Source: a virus (lineage: Duplodnaviria; Caudoviricetes). From it: 64,000 nt of DNA. Below the pieces are notes generated by a model. That model was not told where the DNA came from and did no database searches. It saw nothing but the letters and a program-made list of their open reading frames with translations. A program made the translations under genes and the position numbers. The stretch spans positions 122,051 to 186,050 of the IMG/VR virus record IMGVR_UViG_3300014205_005221; one strand, written 5' to 3'. Shown here piece by piece: positions 55,236 through 63,886 of this stretch; position 1 is the first letter of the stretch, and each line of letters starts with the position of its first letter.

Positions 55236-55249
55236 CGGGGCCTACTTTC

Positions 55250-55483
55250 TCAGGTGGAATCCAACCCACAACCTCGACACACTAAAATAGTGTCTTCGAA
55301 CAGCCACTGCGTGCCGAACTCGTCAGCACCCGGGCATTCCTCGGGAGTGCGCGGCCAGGTGACACCCTGCATAACGAGCACACGGCGCCCGGGATACACG
55401 AACTGGCGCCATGGCGAGTGATACGCCGGAGCATCGCCCCAGGAAGCATCGTTGAACGATGTCAAATCAGTCGGAGTATACAT
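55250..55483 (-). CDS. Hypothetical protein
   Basis: GGGTAG-N9-ATG; LVCRGCGLD. Confidence 0.65.
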   Translation of the reverse strand: MYTPTDLTSFNDASWGDAPAYHSPWRQFVYPGRRVLVMQGVTWPRTPEECPGADEFGTQWLFEDTILVCRGCGLDST

Positions 55484-55560
55484 CGACCTGTCCTACCCGG
55501 ACAGGTCGCAGCCGCGAAGCGGCGGGGAACTAAGTCGTACGGTCCAATTGGGTAAGGCGC

Positions 55561-55809
55561 CTACGCGTCTACTTCCCAATCCTGCTCGATGCAGTCAGGG
55601 CACAACGAGTCCACAAACTTGATGCTGGTCATGTACAGGTGCGCAGAGCAAAACCATTTGCCGCACCCGATCTCCGTAGCAACGGGACTGTCGCCACACA
55701 GATATGCCAGACCGCGATCGATCTTCACGCCGCAGCCCTGATACGGACAACGATCCTCGACGCCGTAGCCACCAGGACCGTGCGGAGTGTCGTAATACGC
55801 GTAGCCCAC
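55561..55809 (-). CDS. Cys-rich Zn-binding protein
   Basis: GYGV...C...GC...IDRGLAYLCG...GCG.WFC..H. Confidence 0.75.
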   Translation of the reverse strand: MGYAYYDTPHGPGGYGVEDRCPYQGCGVKIDRGLAYLCGDSPVATEIGCGKWFCSAHLYMTSIKFVDSLCPDCIEQDWEVDA

Positions 55810-56228
55810 TACTTTCCCTCCTCTTCACCGATCTCCGAACGGATCCACGCGCCGTACTCTTCAGCGGCCTCAATCGCCGCAGGAACGCGCACATCGACGG
55901 GCGGAGGGATTGGACGTCCCGCAAGCGCATCGGCCGCCAGATCGGCAATGAGCCGCATGTGTTCGGGCTCGAAAGCCCCTCCCACGTAGTGCAGCCCCGC
56001 CAGACGGCTGATGTGACTCAGTGCCCGGTAGAACCCGGCCTGCTGGTCGGCGGAAATGACGCTTCCCGCAGGAAGGTTTTCAAAACGAGACCGCACGACG
56101 TAGGCGCGCTCTTCAAGGTAGCGCGCGATGTAGGTAGCCAAGTCACCCGGATCACCGCCACCGATGCGCGTGTGCCGCGCAGCGTCAATGGCTTCGGAGA
56201 ACAGCCGGGACGGCAGCTCGTCAGGCAC
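55809..56228 (-). CDS. Hypothetical protein
   Basis: Coupled ORF. Confidence 0.55.
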   Translation of the reverse strand: MPDELPSRLFSEAIDAARHTRIGGGDPGDLATYIARYLEERAYVVRSRFENLPAGSVISADQQAGFYRALSHISRLAGLHYVGGAFEPEHMRLIADLAADALAGRPIPPPVDVRVPAAIEAAEEYGAWIRSEIGEEEGK

Positions 56229-56786
56229 CGGACATCAGCTCCCGAATCTTGGCAAGCACCTCGGCGTCGTTGCACGGGCGGATGCCGAGCGTCTCCCACA
56301 GATTCTGGCGCAGCAGGCGCGCTCCCGACGCAGTCTGAATATCAGCAGCGGTAGCCTCGCCAGCCAGAATCTGATCAAACGCCTTGTAATAGTTAAACGA
56401 TCCCGAACCTTCGTAGCGCTCCATCTTGATGCCGCGCCGCGCGATCCACATGCAAATCGAGTTCAGATCGTCAATAACATCATCGAGTCGACTATCGATC
56501 TCGGCGCACGAATCGCTGTCGTGCGGCTCAGTCACGGTCCCAGACACCGCCGATCCCATCGACATGCGGGTGGCCCGGATGCAAGACACACTCGCCTCCC
56601 ACTCCGTTGGGGCCGGACACGTCGCCGCACACCCGACGAAAAGGGTCGGGAGGCGTGTTGGCGTCAGCCACGTTGACGTAGTTCTGCCAGGCAGCGCGCA
56701 GCTTGTCGGCATCCGCACCACCCTCGACAAACAGGAAGTCCTCGACGGTGTCCGCGAGCCGCTCCGCAGCGTGCCGAAATGCCGCC

Positions 56787-57021
56787 TCACTCAAAGCGCT
56801 CAGCCCTCGCCACCGCCGACTTCGAAATGCGCACCACGATCTCCCCGCCATCAGAGTCCCGAGAGAACAGCCGGATCATGTCGTCGTAAGGCTCCTGGTC
56901 CTCCTTGATGCGTCCCTGCTCGCGCAACTCGCTGGTAGCCCACGCGATGGCCTTCATCAGATCGGTCCAGCACGCGCCGTAAGGCTCCCGCGCCTCGATG
57001 ACCCACTCGATCTCGGTGGTC
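56787..57021 (-). CDS. Hypothetical protein (start GTG inferred)
   Basis: MTTEIEWVI...; packed ORF. Confidence 0.5.
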
Positions 57022-57052
57022 ACCCGCTCCCGACGCTCATAAGATGTCACAC

Positions 57053-57343
57053 CTAGTCGTACCCGCGACCGCGCGCATCTTCGATCTCCGACAGCTCCGC
57101 GACCAACCCGCCGAGCGGGCCGGTGTAACCGACCGCGTCGCACACGTCCGAAACAAGCTGCTGAAACTCCCGCAACTCCGTCAGCATCGACGCCATCTCC
57201 TGCGTAAGACCGCGCACCGTCTTACGCATATCATCAAGATAGCGAAGGACGTCATCGACATCCTCGACCAGATTGGGCGGAGCATCCGCCTCGCCGCCCA
57301 GCAAGCGCAGCCGGTAATACCAACCCGGCATGGGGTTAGTCAT
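57053..57343 (-). CDS. Hypothetical protein
   Basis: GGAGG RBS. Confidence 0.55.
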   Translation of the reverse strand: MTNPMPGWYYRLRLLGGEADAPPNLVEDVDDVLRYLDDMRKTVRGLTQEMASMLTELREFQQLVSDVCDAVGYTGPLGGLVAELSEIEDARGRGYD

Positions 57344-57599
57344 CGGAAACCTCCAGCTGCTGACCGTGCACGAACGCCTCCGGACCGGTGGGCTGGAAAG
57401 TCAACGACAGCCCACCCCGCCATTCGAGCTGTACGCCACCCTCCGGGGTCGGGAACACGCCCGGAGGGGATTCCAGCGAAGCCAGCACGTCTCGCGCTGC
57501 AGCCACGCACACAGGATTGAGCGCAGCACCCTTGCCGTCGAGCCACCCGGTCGGCAGCTTCTCCAGCTCCGCGAGCCTGTCCTGCCACCACTCGGTCAC
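57336..57599 (-). CDS. Conserved phage protein
   Basis: RL.EL..L..GWLDG.G...VFPT.EGGVQLEW. Confidence 0.7.
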   Translation of the reverse strand: MTEWWQDRLAELEKLPTGWLDGKGAALNPVCVAAARDVLASLESPPGVFPTPEGGVQLEWRGGLSLTFQPTGPEAFVHGQQLEVSDD

Positions 57600-57805
57600 G
57601 ACCGCCTCCTTCTGAACTTAGGAGCCGTCCACACCAGAATTCCGACGGGCCACAGCATCAGAATCGACGACCCGATCCACGTCAGACTCAACGTCCACGA
57701 CGCGATCACCGCCGCGAAAGACAGCAGAGAGGCAACCAAAAGCTCCATAGAGTGGCGAAGCCGTGCCAGCGCCTCCGCCACAGCCTTGTTATCAGGCTCG
57801 TTCAC
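57596..57805 (-). CDS. Small membrane protein
   Basis: Hydrophobic segment. Confidence 0.55.
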   Translation of the reverse strand: MNEPDNKAVAEALARLRHSMELLVASLLSFAAVIASWTLSLTWIGSSILMLWPVGILVWTAPKFRRRRS

Positions 57806-58365
57806 GACGCCTCCCGCTCATCACGCCAGTTCGGATAGTTGAGAAACTCCGAAGCGCCCGCCTTCTCGCGAGCATCAACCCGAGCCTCATGATCGAAATC
57901 AGACTTAGGGCACTCGCCGCGCGCACCCATACGCATCCGGTCCCGCGAATTCGCCAGCTCCGCAAGCCGCACCGCAGAACGCTGATTGTTACGCAGCTTC
58001 ATCGACTCGTCCACGCGCACCGCCTCGCACGCCAGCAGCGTCCGCAGCATGTAGATCTCGTCAAGAGCGCGCGTCATATCCTTCATCGGAACCGTGTCCC
58101 GGGGAGCGACCAGACGCTCGATGACCCGGGGCTCAGCAGGCACAGAACCGCCAGGCTGCAGCCGCTCCTCCAGCCGGTCGAGGGCGGGCACCTCGAACGC
58201 GTGCGCAAGAGCCTGCGCCACCGCAGCAACCTGACGCTCGGGATGCGGCGCCAGCGGAATCACATGATTGATGCGAAGCTGCCCCACCAAGCGCCGAACG
58301 ATCTTGTCCACCAGCCAGGATCCGCCGGTATGCGAGGGCGGACGAAGGTCCGGGGTTCGAGGCAT
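57802..58365 (-). CDS. Hypothetical protein
   Basis: Packed ORF; ALDEIY.LR..LA.EA. Confidence 0.55.
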   Translation of the reverse strand: MPRTPDLRPPSHTGGSWLVDKIVRRLVGQLRINHVIPLAPHPERQVAAVAQALAHAFEVPALDRLEERLQPGGSVPAEPRVIERLVAPRDTVPMKDMTRALDEIYMLRTLLACEAVRVDESMKLRNNQRSAVRLAELANSRDRMRMGARGECPKSDFDHEARVDAREKAGASEFLNYPNWRDEREAS

Positions 58366-58368
58366 GAG

Positions 58369-58611
58369 TTAGTTGTCCTTCTTCACATCAGGGATCGGAG
58401 TGCCCGGAGGGAAATACTCCCAATCCGGGTACTCCTCGATATCCATCTCCGCGAGCGCGTCCATCCGGGATTCGCCCAGCAGCGAAACACGAGCCTCAGA
58501 CACCACCGCGCGGGCAAGCGGACCCACCGCATCGGACGCCAAGTCTCGACACCGCGCAGCGCCCGCCATCATTTCAATGATCTTTGTACGAAACTCGTCG
58601 AGTTCGCTCAC
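58369..58611 (-). CDS. Hypothetical protein
   Basis: GTGA overlap with the upstream gene. Confidence 0.55.
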   Translation of the reverse strand: MSELDEFRTKIIEMMAGAARCRDLASDAVGPLARAVVSEARVSLLGESRMDALAEMDIEEYPDWEYFPPGTPIPDVKKDN

Positions 58612-59117
58612 CGCCGGTGCTCCTCGATGATTTCGGTAAGCCGCGCGACCTCTTCGAGCAGAAACTCGATGTCCGAGCGCGAATGCGCGATGAACTCCGC
58701 ATCAGGATGACGAACACCCACGATATCAGCCCGGTAGACCCGGGGATCGCTGCGGTCGGTCGCTTCCGGTGCAACCTCGAACTTCACCATCGTGCGCGCG
58801 TCGACGATGATTCCGTCCTTGCCGAACGCCAGATGCCTATCGGTCCTGCGCTGACCCCACGAATCGAACAGATACTCGTGAACGATCTCACGACGGGTCT
58901 CGCGGTCATCAATGTGATCAGCCAGATGATCCACGTTCAGCTGCGGATCCGTCACCCGGCGGGGCACCGGCACGTGGTCGATCACCGACGTCCAGCCCAG
59001 CACAGCGCTGCGACCCACCAGCCGAGGATCAGAGTTGTCGACGTTGCCACTCCACCGCCACGGACCCGGCGTAGCCGCGCTGGCCCGCTCCCGAATCTCC
59101 GCCACCCGATCAGTCAT
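58608..59117 (-). CDS. Ead/Ea22-like protein
   Basis: AATPGPW...DAEFIAHSR.DI..LL.EV.RL. Confidence 0.75.
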   Translation of the reverse strand: MTDRVAEIRERASAATPGPWRWSGNVDNSDPRLVGRSAVLGWTSVIDHVPVPRRVTDPQLNVDHLADHIDDRETRREIVHEYLFDSWGQRRTDRHLAFGKDGIIVDARTMVKFEVAPEATDRSDPRVYRADIVGVRHPDAEFIAHSRSDIEFLLEEVARLTEIIEEHRR

Positions 59118-59467
59118 CGGAAAGACCCTTCATCGCGTAGAAGAATCCGAAAGGACCCAGGTCAACGCCCCACGCGGCCATGTTGCGGCAATACCACACA
59201 CCGAACGTCCAGTTCGTCCACGACCAGGTCAGCGCGATGTTTTCCCGCTTCACGACTCCACCTCTCGATAATCGAGATGACGAACCCCGGCCAGCACCAT
59301 CTCGCCGCAATACGGGCAGTGGTACTGACCCATAGGCACGCCGACCAGCTGCTGCGGCTCCCACGGCCACGGACAGGGCTTGCCCTCGCTATCCAACGGA
59401 GGACTCAGGTCGGGGCGCTCCGAGCAGTCAATATCCCGAGCATCAGCGGGATCGATGTCATACCAAT

Positions 59468-59854
59468 TCACGACTCCGCCTTCCACGGCCACAGCACGCT
59501 CTCCCCCGACACCCTGCGCACCACCGACAGCGGCAGCAGCGCGGGATCGCGGATGCCCCGCACCTTGACCATCACGTGCTCGGCCATAGACGACGACACC
59601 GTCTCCCCCGCTCGCCACGCATCCTGCAAAAGGTCATAGACCTCCACGCGCTCACCGGAATCGAACGTCGCCATCTCCGTCGGCGGCTCCCGATCCCAGA
59701 AACCCGGACGGGACACCGCGAACGCCTCATCGACCACCAGCGGCAGCGTTTGCATCAGCGCCGAGAGCGCGTCGACCTGGATCGAACGGCGAAACCCCGC
59801 GACCTCACGCAGCACCGCAGCGATCACCCGCTCGCGATCAAACTTCTCCACCAC
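59468..59854 (-). CDS. Hypothetical protein
   Basis: GGAGG RBS. Confidence 0.55.
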   Translation of the reverse strand: MVEKFDRERVIAAVLREVAGFRRSIQVDALSALMQTLPLVVDEAFAVSRPGFWDREPPTEMATFDSGERVEVYDLLQDAWRAGETVSSSMAEHVMVKVRGIRDPALLPLSVVRRVSGESVLWPWKAES

Positions 59855-59935
59855 GCCGCCTCCGCTCCGCCATCAGCTCCAACCGGCGCGCCCTGAACTC
59901 TTCCGCGCGAATCCGATGACGCTCATGTCGATGTT

Positions 59936-60088
59936 CTACCCGTGCAAATAAGGGAACGGATCGAACTCACCCTCCCGAACCCCCGCCAAAAACGCCAACC
60001 ACTCCGCCACCGTGAACTCCAGCACCACACCCGGATCGCCCCGCCGATACACCCGCACACGCCCGTCGGAAGTAAACGCAATTTCCAT
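59936..60088 (-). CDS. Second DUF397-like protein, N-terminally short (not in the ORF track)
   Basis: MEIAFTSDGRVRVYRRGDPGVVLEFTVAEWLAFLAGVREGEFDPFPYLHG. Confidence 0.7.
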   Translation of the reverse strand: MEIAFTSDGRVRVYRRGDPGVVLEFTVAEWLAFLAGVREGEFDPFPYLHG

Positions 60089-60273
60089 ACCACCAACTAC
60101 GACCAGGCCGCAGGCCCGTCATAACGGCGACACGGACACGGCTTCAACTTTTTATGACCATAATTGTCGTACTTGGTCAGCACCTCAGCTCGACACGGCC
60201 CCATATCCTCGTGTGCAACCCGAAAAAGCCGACAAGACCACCCGCGACAGCGGCGCCCGCAAACGCCAGATAA

Positions 60274-60597
60274 TCAAACATCGAACTTCTCAATCTCTCG
60301 AATGATCCTGGTGAACGCGCCTCTCCACTCCGTCTCTTCATTCTCCTGAGACTGCATCCGGGACTGCGCAATCTCCTCCCGGCACACAAGCTTGAGGTGT
60401 TCGCCGAGACGAGTCGACCCCTCCGCCTCCTCGTAGGCCGACAAGAGCGAAGCGAGAACCCGGTCGAACAGGTTGGGGACGACGGACTCGAACGCGGCGA
60501 ACACCTGATCCAGCGAACCATCGGGGTGCCGCGAGATCACCGCAACGTAGGCACGAGCCAGAGCGACGGCGTGCTCGGTCGACAACGGAGGCAACAT
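60274..60597 (-). CDS. Hypothetical protein
   Basis: GGGTAG-N9-ATG. Confidence 0.65.
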   Translation of the reverse strand: MLPPLSTEHAVALARAYVAVISRHPDGSLDQVFAAFESVVPNLFDRVLASLLSAYEEAEGSTRLGEHLKLVCREEIAQSRMQSQENEETEWRGAFTRIIREIEKFDV

Positions 60598-60892
60598 GCG
60601 GGTCTCCTACCCAAGATGAGAGACAGCGTTTTTGCCAGAAAATCCCAAAAAATTTGTGAACTGGAATATGGAGATTGAGGAAATTAGGAATGGGGGAGGG
60701 GGGTGCAGCAGGGGGCGCGGGGAATTGGGAGTGGGGATGTCAGAGATGAAGATGTGAGATAGAGAGAATCGGGAAAAATGGGGGACGCCTGTCCCTGCGG
60801 GCGGGCAGTTCAGATGGTGAAATGCACTAGTCGGTTTTCGAGATACGGGAAAACCCCCCGACCGGGAGGCCAGGGGGCGTAGAGCAGGACGA

Positions 60893-61183
60893 TCAGGCAG
60901 GCACCACACCGCCCAGCATCAGCATCCCATTCGCCATCGAGTAGTAGCGGGGGTAGGCGATGGCGGAGCGCAGTCGGGCCAGCACAGCGGCGGCGTCGGG
61001 GGCGTCAGCGGTGACGACGACCACGCGCATCGTCTCGGACGGGGCGGGCGCCACGGGGGCGACAGACACGCTCCCGGCGACGATCAGGGGCAGAACCTCA
61101 TCGCGCAGGACATTGGTCATCGTGGTCGACTCGGCGGCGATGGTGAGGGAGAGGGCGGCGGGGGCGTTCGTGGTGTTCGTCAT
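60893..61183 (-). CDS. MTNT cassette gene 1
   Basis: TTGACT-N17-TAAGGT-N6-ATGACGAACACC. Confidence 0.75.
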   Translation of the reverse strand: MTNTTNAPAALSLTIAAESTTMTNVLRDEVLPLIVAGSVSVAPVAPAPSETMRVVVVTADAPDAAAVLARLRSAIAYPRYYSMANGMLMLGGVVPA

Positions 61184-61236
61184 AAGACAACCTTAGCTAG
61201 CAGGGGCAAGCAAGTCAAGTATTTCAGCAAGATTTT

Positions 61237-61443
61237 TTAGCGCACGGCCCGGACGACCAGGCGTCCCGCACCGATCCACATGGGGCACACAACGCACAGG
61301 GCCAACAGGAACAGGGCGAGTTGGAACGCGGGCAGGGACAGGGCCATCAGGGCGCCACGCGTCCACACGGCCACGATCAGGCCCACCAGGAACAGGGCAA
61401 GGGCACCAACAAGGGCGAGGATTCGTGCTGCGGTGTTCGTCAT
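61237..61443 (-). CDS. MTNT cassette gene 2 (membrane protein)
   Basis: TTGACA-N17-TATTGT-N7-ATGACGAACACC. Confidence 0.75.
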   Translation of the reverse strand: MTNTAARILALVGALALFLVGLIVAVWTRGALMALSLPAFQLALFLLALCVVCPMWIGAGRLVVRAVR

Positions 61444-61449
61444 GAGTAA

Positions 61450-61710
61450 GACAATACACACAACACACCAACATGTCAAGTAATACACACATACAAACAT
61501 GTGTGACACAACACACACATAGGGCACAACACACGTACGTACACACAAGGGGGCACACGTACGCCCCCACCCACGTACAAGGGCAGGGGGTACGCACGGC
61601 ACAGGGCCCCACAGGGGGGCAGGAACAGGGGCCCTGTGTGAGGGGGCCTGTGTGAGGGGGGGGTGTAGGAAGGGCCCCCTGTGTGAGGGCCCCTCCAGGG
61701 AAGGGGGGGG
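61450..61710. repeat. CA-rich and G-run low-complexity region with CCTGTGTGAGGG x3
   Basis: Direct inspection. Confidence 0.7.
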
Positions 61711-61711
61711 G

Positions 61712-61897
61712 TTACGCCACCTGGCCCGTACGGGGGCCCGTCAGCCACAGCGTCTGGCCCTTGACCAGGGGGATGGAACGGGGCACGGGCACCATGCGCA
61801 GGGCGGCCTGCTGGGCGGCCAGGGATGCCACCGTGTACCGGCGAGGGTGCACGTAGGACACGGGGGTGGCGGAGGGGGCGTTCGTGGTGTTCGTCAT
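61712..61897 (-). CDS. MTNT cassette gene 3
   Basis: TTGCTA-N17-TAATGT-N7-ATGACGAACACC. Confidence 0.7.
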   Translation of the reverse strand: MTNTTNAPSATPVSYVHPRRYTVASLAAQQAALRMVPVPRSIPLVKGQTLWLTGPRTGQVA

Positions 61898-62008
61898 GAG
61901 TAAGACATTACAGCAAGGCAAGCAAACTAGCAAGGGGCAATTTTTCGGCCCGGAAACAGGGCACGCCAAAAAGGGCCCCCCGTGAGAGGGGCCCCGTTTG
62001 GAGGGGGG

Positions 62009-62272
62009 TCAGAAAGGGGGAGGCCCGAAAGGGGGAGGCCCGAAAACGGCCTCCGGGGAGCCGACCTCCACCAACGAGTCCAGGGGCAGGACCAACCACC
62101 CGTTGGAGAACAGAAGCCCGATCTGCGGAACCCAATATCCGGCGACCTCCCGGGAGGGGACTGGTTGGGTCTGCAGGAACATGCCGAGGTGCTCACGGCC
62201 GACCAGGACAGAGCCGAACGGGAGGGCGGAGGGGGAGGACCAGAGCTTGGCGGGGATCGCGGTGTTCGTCAT
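62009..62272 (-). CDS. MTNT cassette gene 4
   Basis: TTGCTA-N17-TAATGT-N7-ATGACGAACACC. Confidence 0.7.
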   Translation of the reverse strand: MTNTAIPAKLWSSPSALPFGSVLVGREHLGMFLQTQPVPSREVAGYWVPQIGLLFSNGWLVLPLDSLVEVGSPEAVFGPPPFGPPPF

Positions 62273-62317
62273 AGGAAGAACATTACAGCAAGGCGAGCAA
62301 ACTAGCAAGGGGCAATT

Positions 62318-62638
62318 TCAGCCGACCAAAGACTCGTCATAGGCGAAAAGCTCGTCACGAACCATCAGGCGAGCCGCCGCAACCGGCATATGGTTCGCCA
62401 CCGCGACAAAGCGGGCCCGGAACACCGCCTGTCGCGCATCCTCGTCACCAGCCGCGTAGGAGAACCCATCGGGGCCGATAGCGGCGAGCACAGCAAGCCG
62501 ATCCGAGCACGCGATCGACCGGTGCGCGTACCGAGAGTGCAGCTCCGACGACCAGCTTGCGTGCATCCGCTCGGTACAACGCTCGCGCTCGGCGATCAGA
62601 GCCTCGGAAGTGGTGGGCAGGTACACGGTGTTCGTCAT
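62318..62638 (-). CDS. MTNT cassette gene 5
   Basis: TTGACA-N17-TAATGT-N7-ATGACGAACACC. Confidence 0.75.
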   Translation of the reverse strand: MTNTVYLPTTSEALIAERERCTERMHASWSSELHSRYAHRSIACSDRLAVLAAIGPDGFSYAAGDEDARQAVFRARFVAVANHMPVAAARLMVRDELFAYDESLVG

Positions 62639-62691
62639 AGGAAGAACATTACAGCAAGGCAAGCAAGCTGTCAACCCCCGGAGGCCACCCG

Positions 62692-62958
62692 TCAGAAAGG
62701 CACGTCCGACACCGCGACCGGCTCAGAGCAAGACGCGGAACCGAACTGCTCGCACGCCACGGATCCGACGAACGAAAGCAGATCCGCGCCGCCCACCCCG
62801 GGAGCAAACAGTCGCAGCGCGAACAGGCCGTCAGCGGCCATGTCGGCGTCCAGGCCGATGACCAGGCCCTCGATGAAATACCGGGACAGGAAGGCCGACG
62901 CGGGGGCGATATCGGCGAGGGACAGGACCAGGGAGGCAACGGAGCCGGTGTTCGTCAT
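62692..62958 (-). CDS. MTNT cassette gene 6
   Basis: TTGCCT-N17-TAGTCT-N6-ATGACGAACACC. Confidence 0.7.
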   Translation of the reverse strand: MTNTGSVASLVLSLADIAPASAFLSRYFIEGLVIGLDADMAADGLFALRLFAPGVGGADLLSFVGSVACEQFGSASCSEPVAVSDVPF

Positions 62959-63144
62959 AAGCAAAGACTAGCACAGCAAGGCGAGCAAGGCAAGCATTTC
63001 AGCCAAACAAAATCCCGACCAGCACCGGCACCGCGAACAGCAGAAGCAAGAGCAGGACCCCGACCCGTTCATACCACACGTCAAACACGGGGGAACCCGC
63101 CCGGCGAGCCGCCAGACGGGCCTCCCACGATCCCGGCTCGTCCA

Positions 63145-63420
63145 TCAGAGCCAGTCGGCAAGCTCGTTGGCAGCGGCGTCGAACATCAGGTCCCGAACAC
63201 GGGCACCCGCGACGGTCGGCATGACGTGGACGGAACCGCCCCGCAGCGAACCGACGTCGACCAGCCCCTGCTTGGCGAGCTGGTCGATCGCGCGCCGGTC
63301 AACAACATCGAACCGGGACAGCAGCTTCGGGCCCGAAAGCGAGAGCAGGACCCGCATCATCGCGCGGGTGCGGGGGTCGGTGGCGAGGTCATCGGCGACA
63401 GGAGCTTCGGTGTTCGTCAT
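63145..63420 (-). CDS. MTNT cassette gene 7 (winged-helix-like)
   Basis: TTGACA-N17-TAATGT-N7-ATGACGAACACC; L..QGLV......T.AG. Confidence 0.75.
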   Translation of the reverse strand: MTNTEAPVADDLATDPRTRAMMRVLLSLSGPKLLSRFDVVDRRAIDQLAKQGLVDVGSLRGGSVHVMPTVAGARVRDLMFDAAANELADWL

Positions 63421-63459
63421 GAGCACTACATTACAGCAAGGCGAGCAAGCTGTCAAGTC

Positions 63460-63819
63460 CTAACCCTCGACCGACCGGCGGAGAAGCGCCACCGCATCGG
63501 CGAGCGTGTCGTCGAGCCAATCGAGCATGTCCGCAGCAAGCGCGTCATCGGTCCCGGCCACCGGAAACAGCATGTCGGCGGTTCGACGCTCGACCAGGTC
63601 GGGCTCGCCACGGAAGCCGAGAGCCTTGACCTCCAGCTCCGCGCCGAGCACAGCCGACGCCGACACGGACACGGTCAGGAACCGCTCGTTGCCGTCGTAG
63701 CGAGTCCAAATCCCCGATAACGATCCCGAGGGGGTCGAGAGCCCGTGCGCGGTGCACGCGTCGCCGACCGCGATCACGAAGTCGGACATGAACTCGGGGA
63801 ACGCCGTGGTGTTCGTCAT
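63460..63819 (-). CDS. MTNT cassette gene 8
   Basis: TTGCTT-N17-TAATGT-N7-ATGACGAACACC. Confidence 0.75.
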   Translation of the reverse strand: MTNTTAFPEFMSDFVIAVGDACTAHGLSTPSGSLSGIWTRYDGNERFLTVSVSASAVLGAELEVKALGFRGEPDLVERRTADMLFPVAGTDDALAADMLDWLDDTLADAVALLRRSVEG

Positions 63820-63855
63820 GAGCACAACATTACAGCAAGTCCGACAAACAAGCAA

Positions 63856-63886
63856 GCCCCGGGCCGAGACCCTTTCGGCCCGGGGC
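63856..63886 (-). terminator. GC hairpin directly upstream of the cassette 8 promoter
   Basis: GCCCCGGGCCGA-AAGGGTC-TCGGCCCGGGGC. Confidence 0.7.

Noticed and set aside
61171-63855. CRISPR-like reading of the repeated module
   Set aside because: Spacing is 260-460 bp and each interval is an ORF; repeats are promoter-shaped; no cas genes
61193-63855. ORF-track starts upstream of MTNT (MLVC..., MTAC..., MPCV...)
   Set aside because: These extensions simply translate the promoter sequence; the conserved ATG at +1 is the better start
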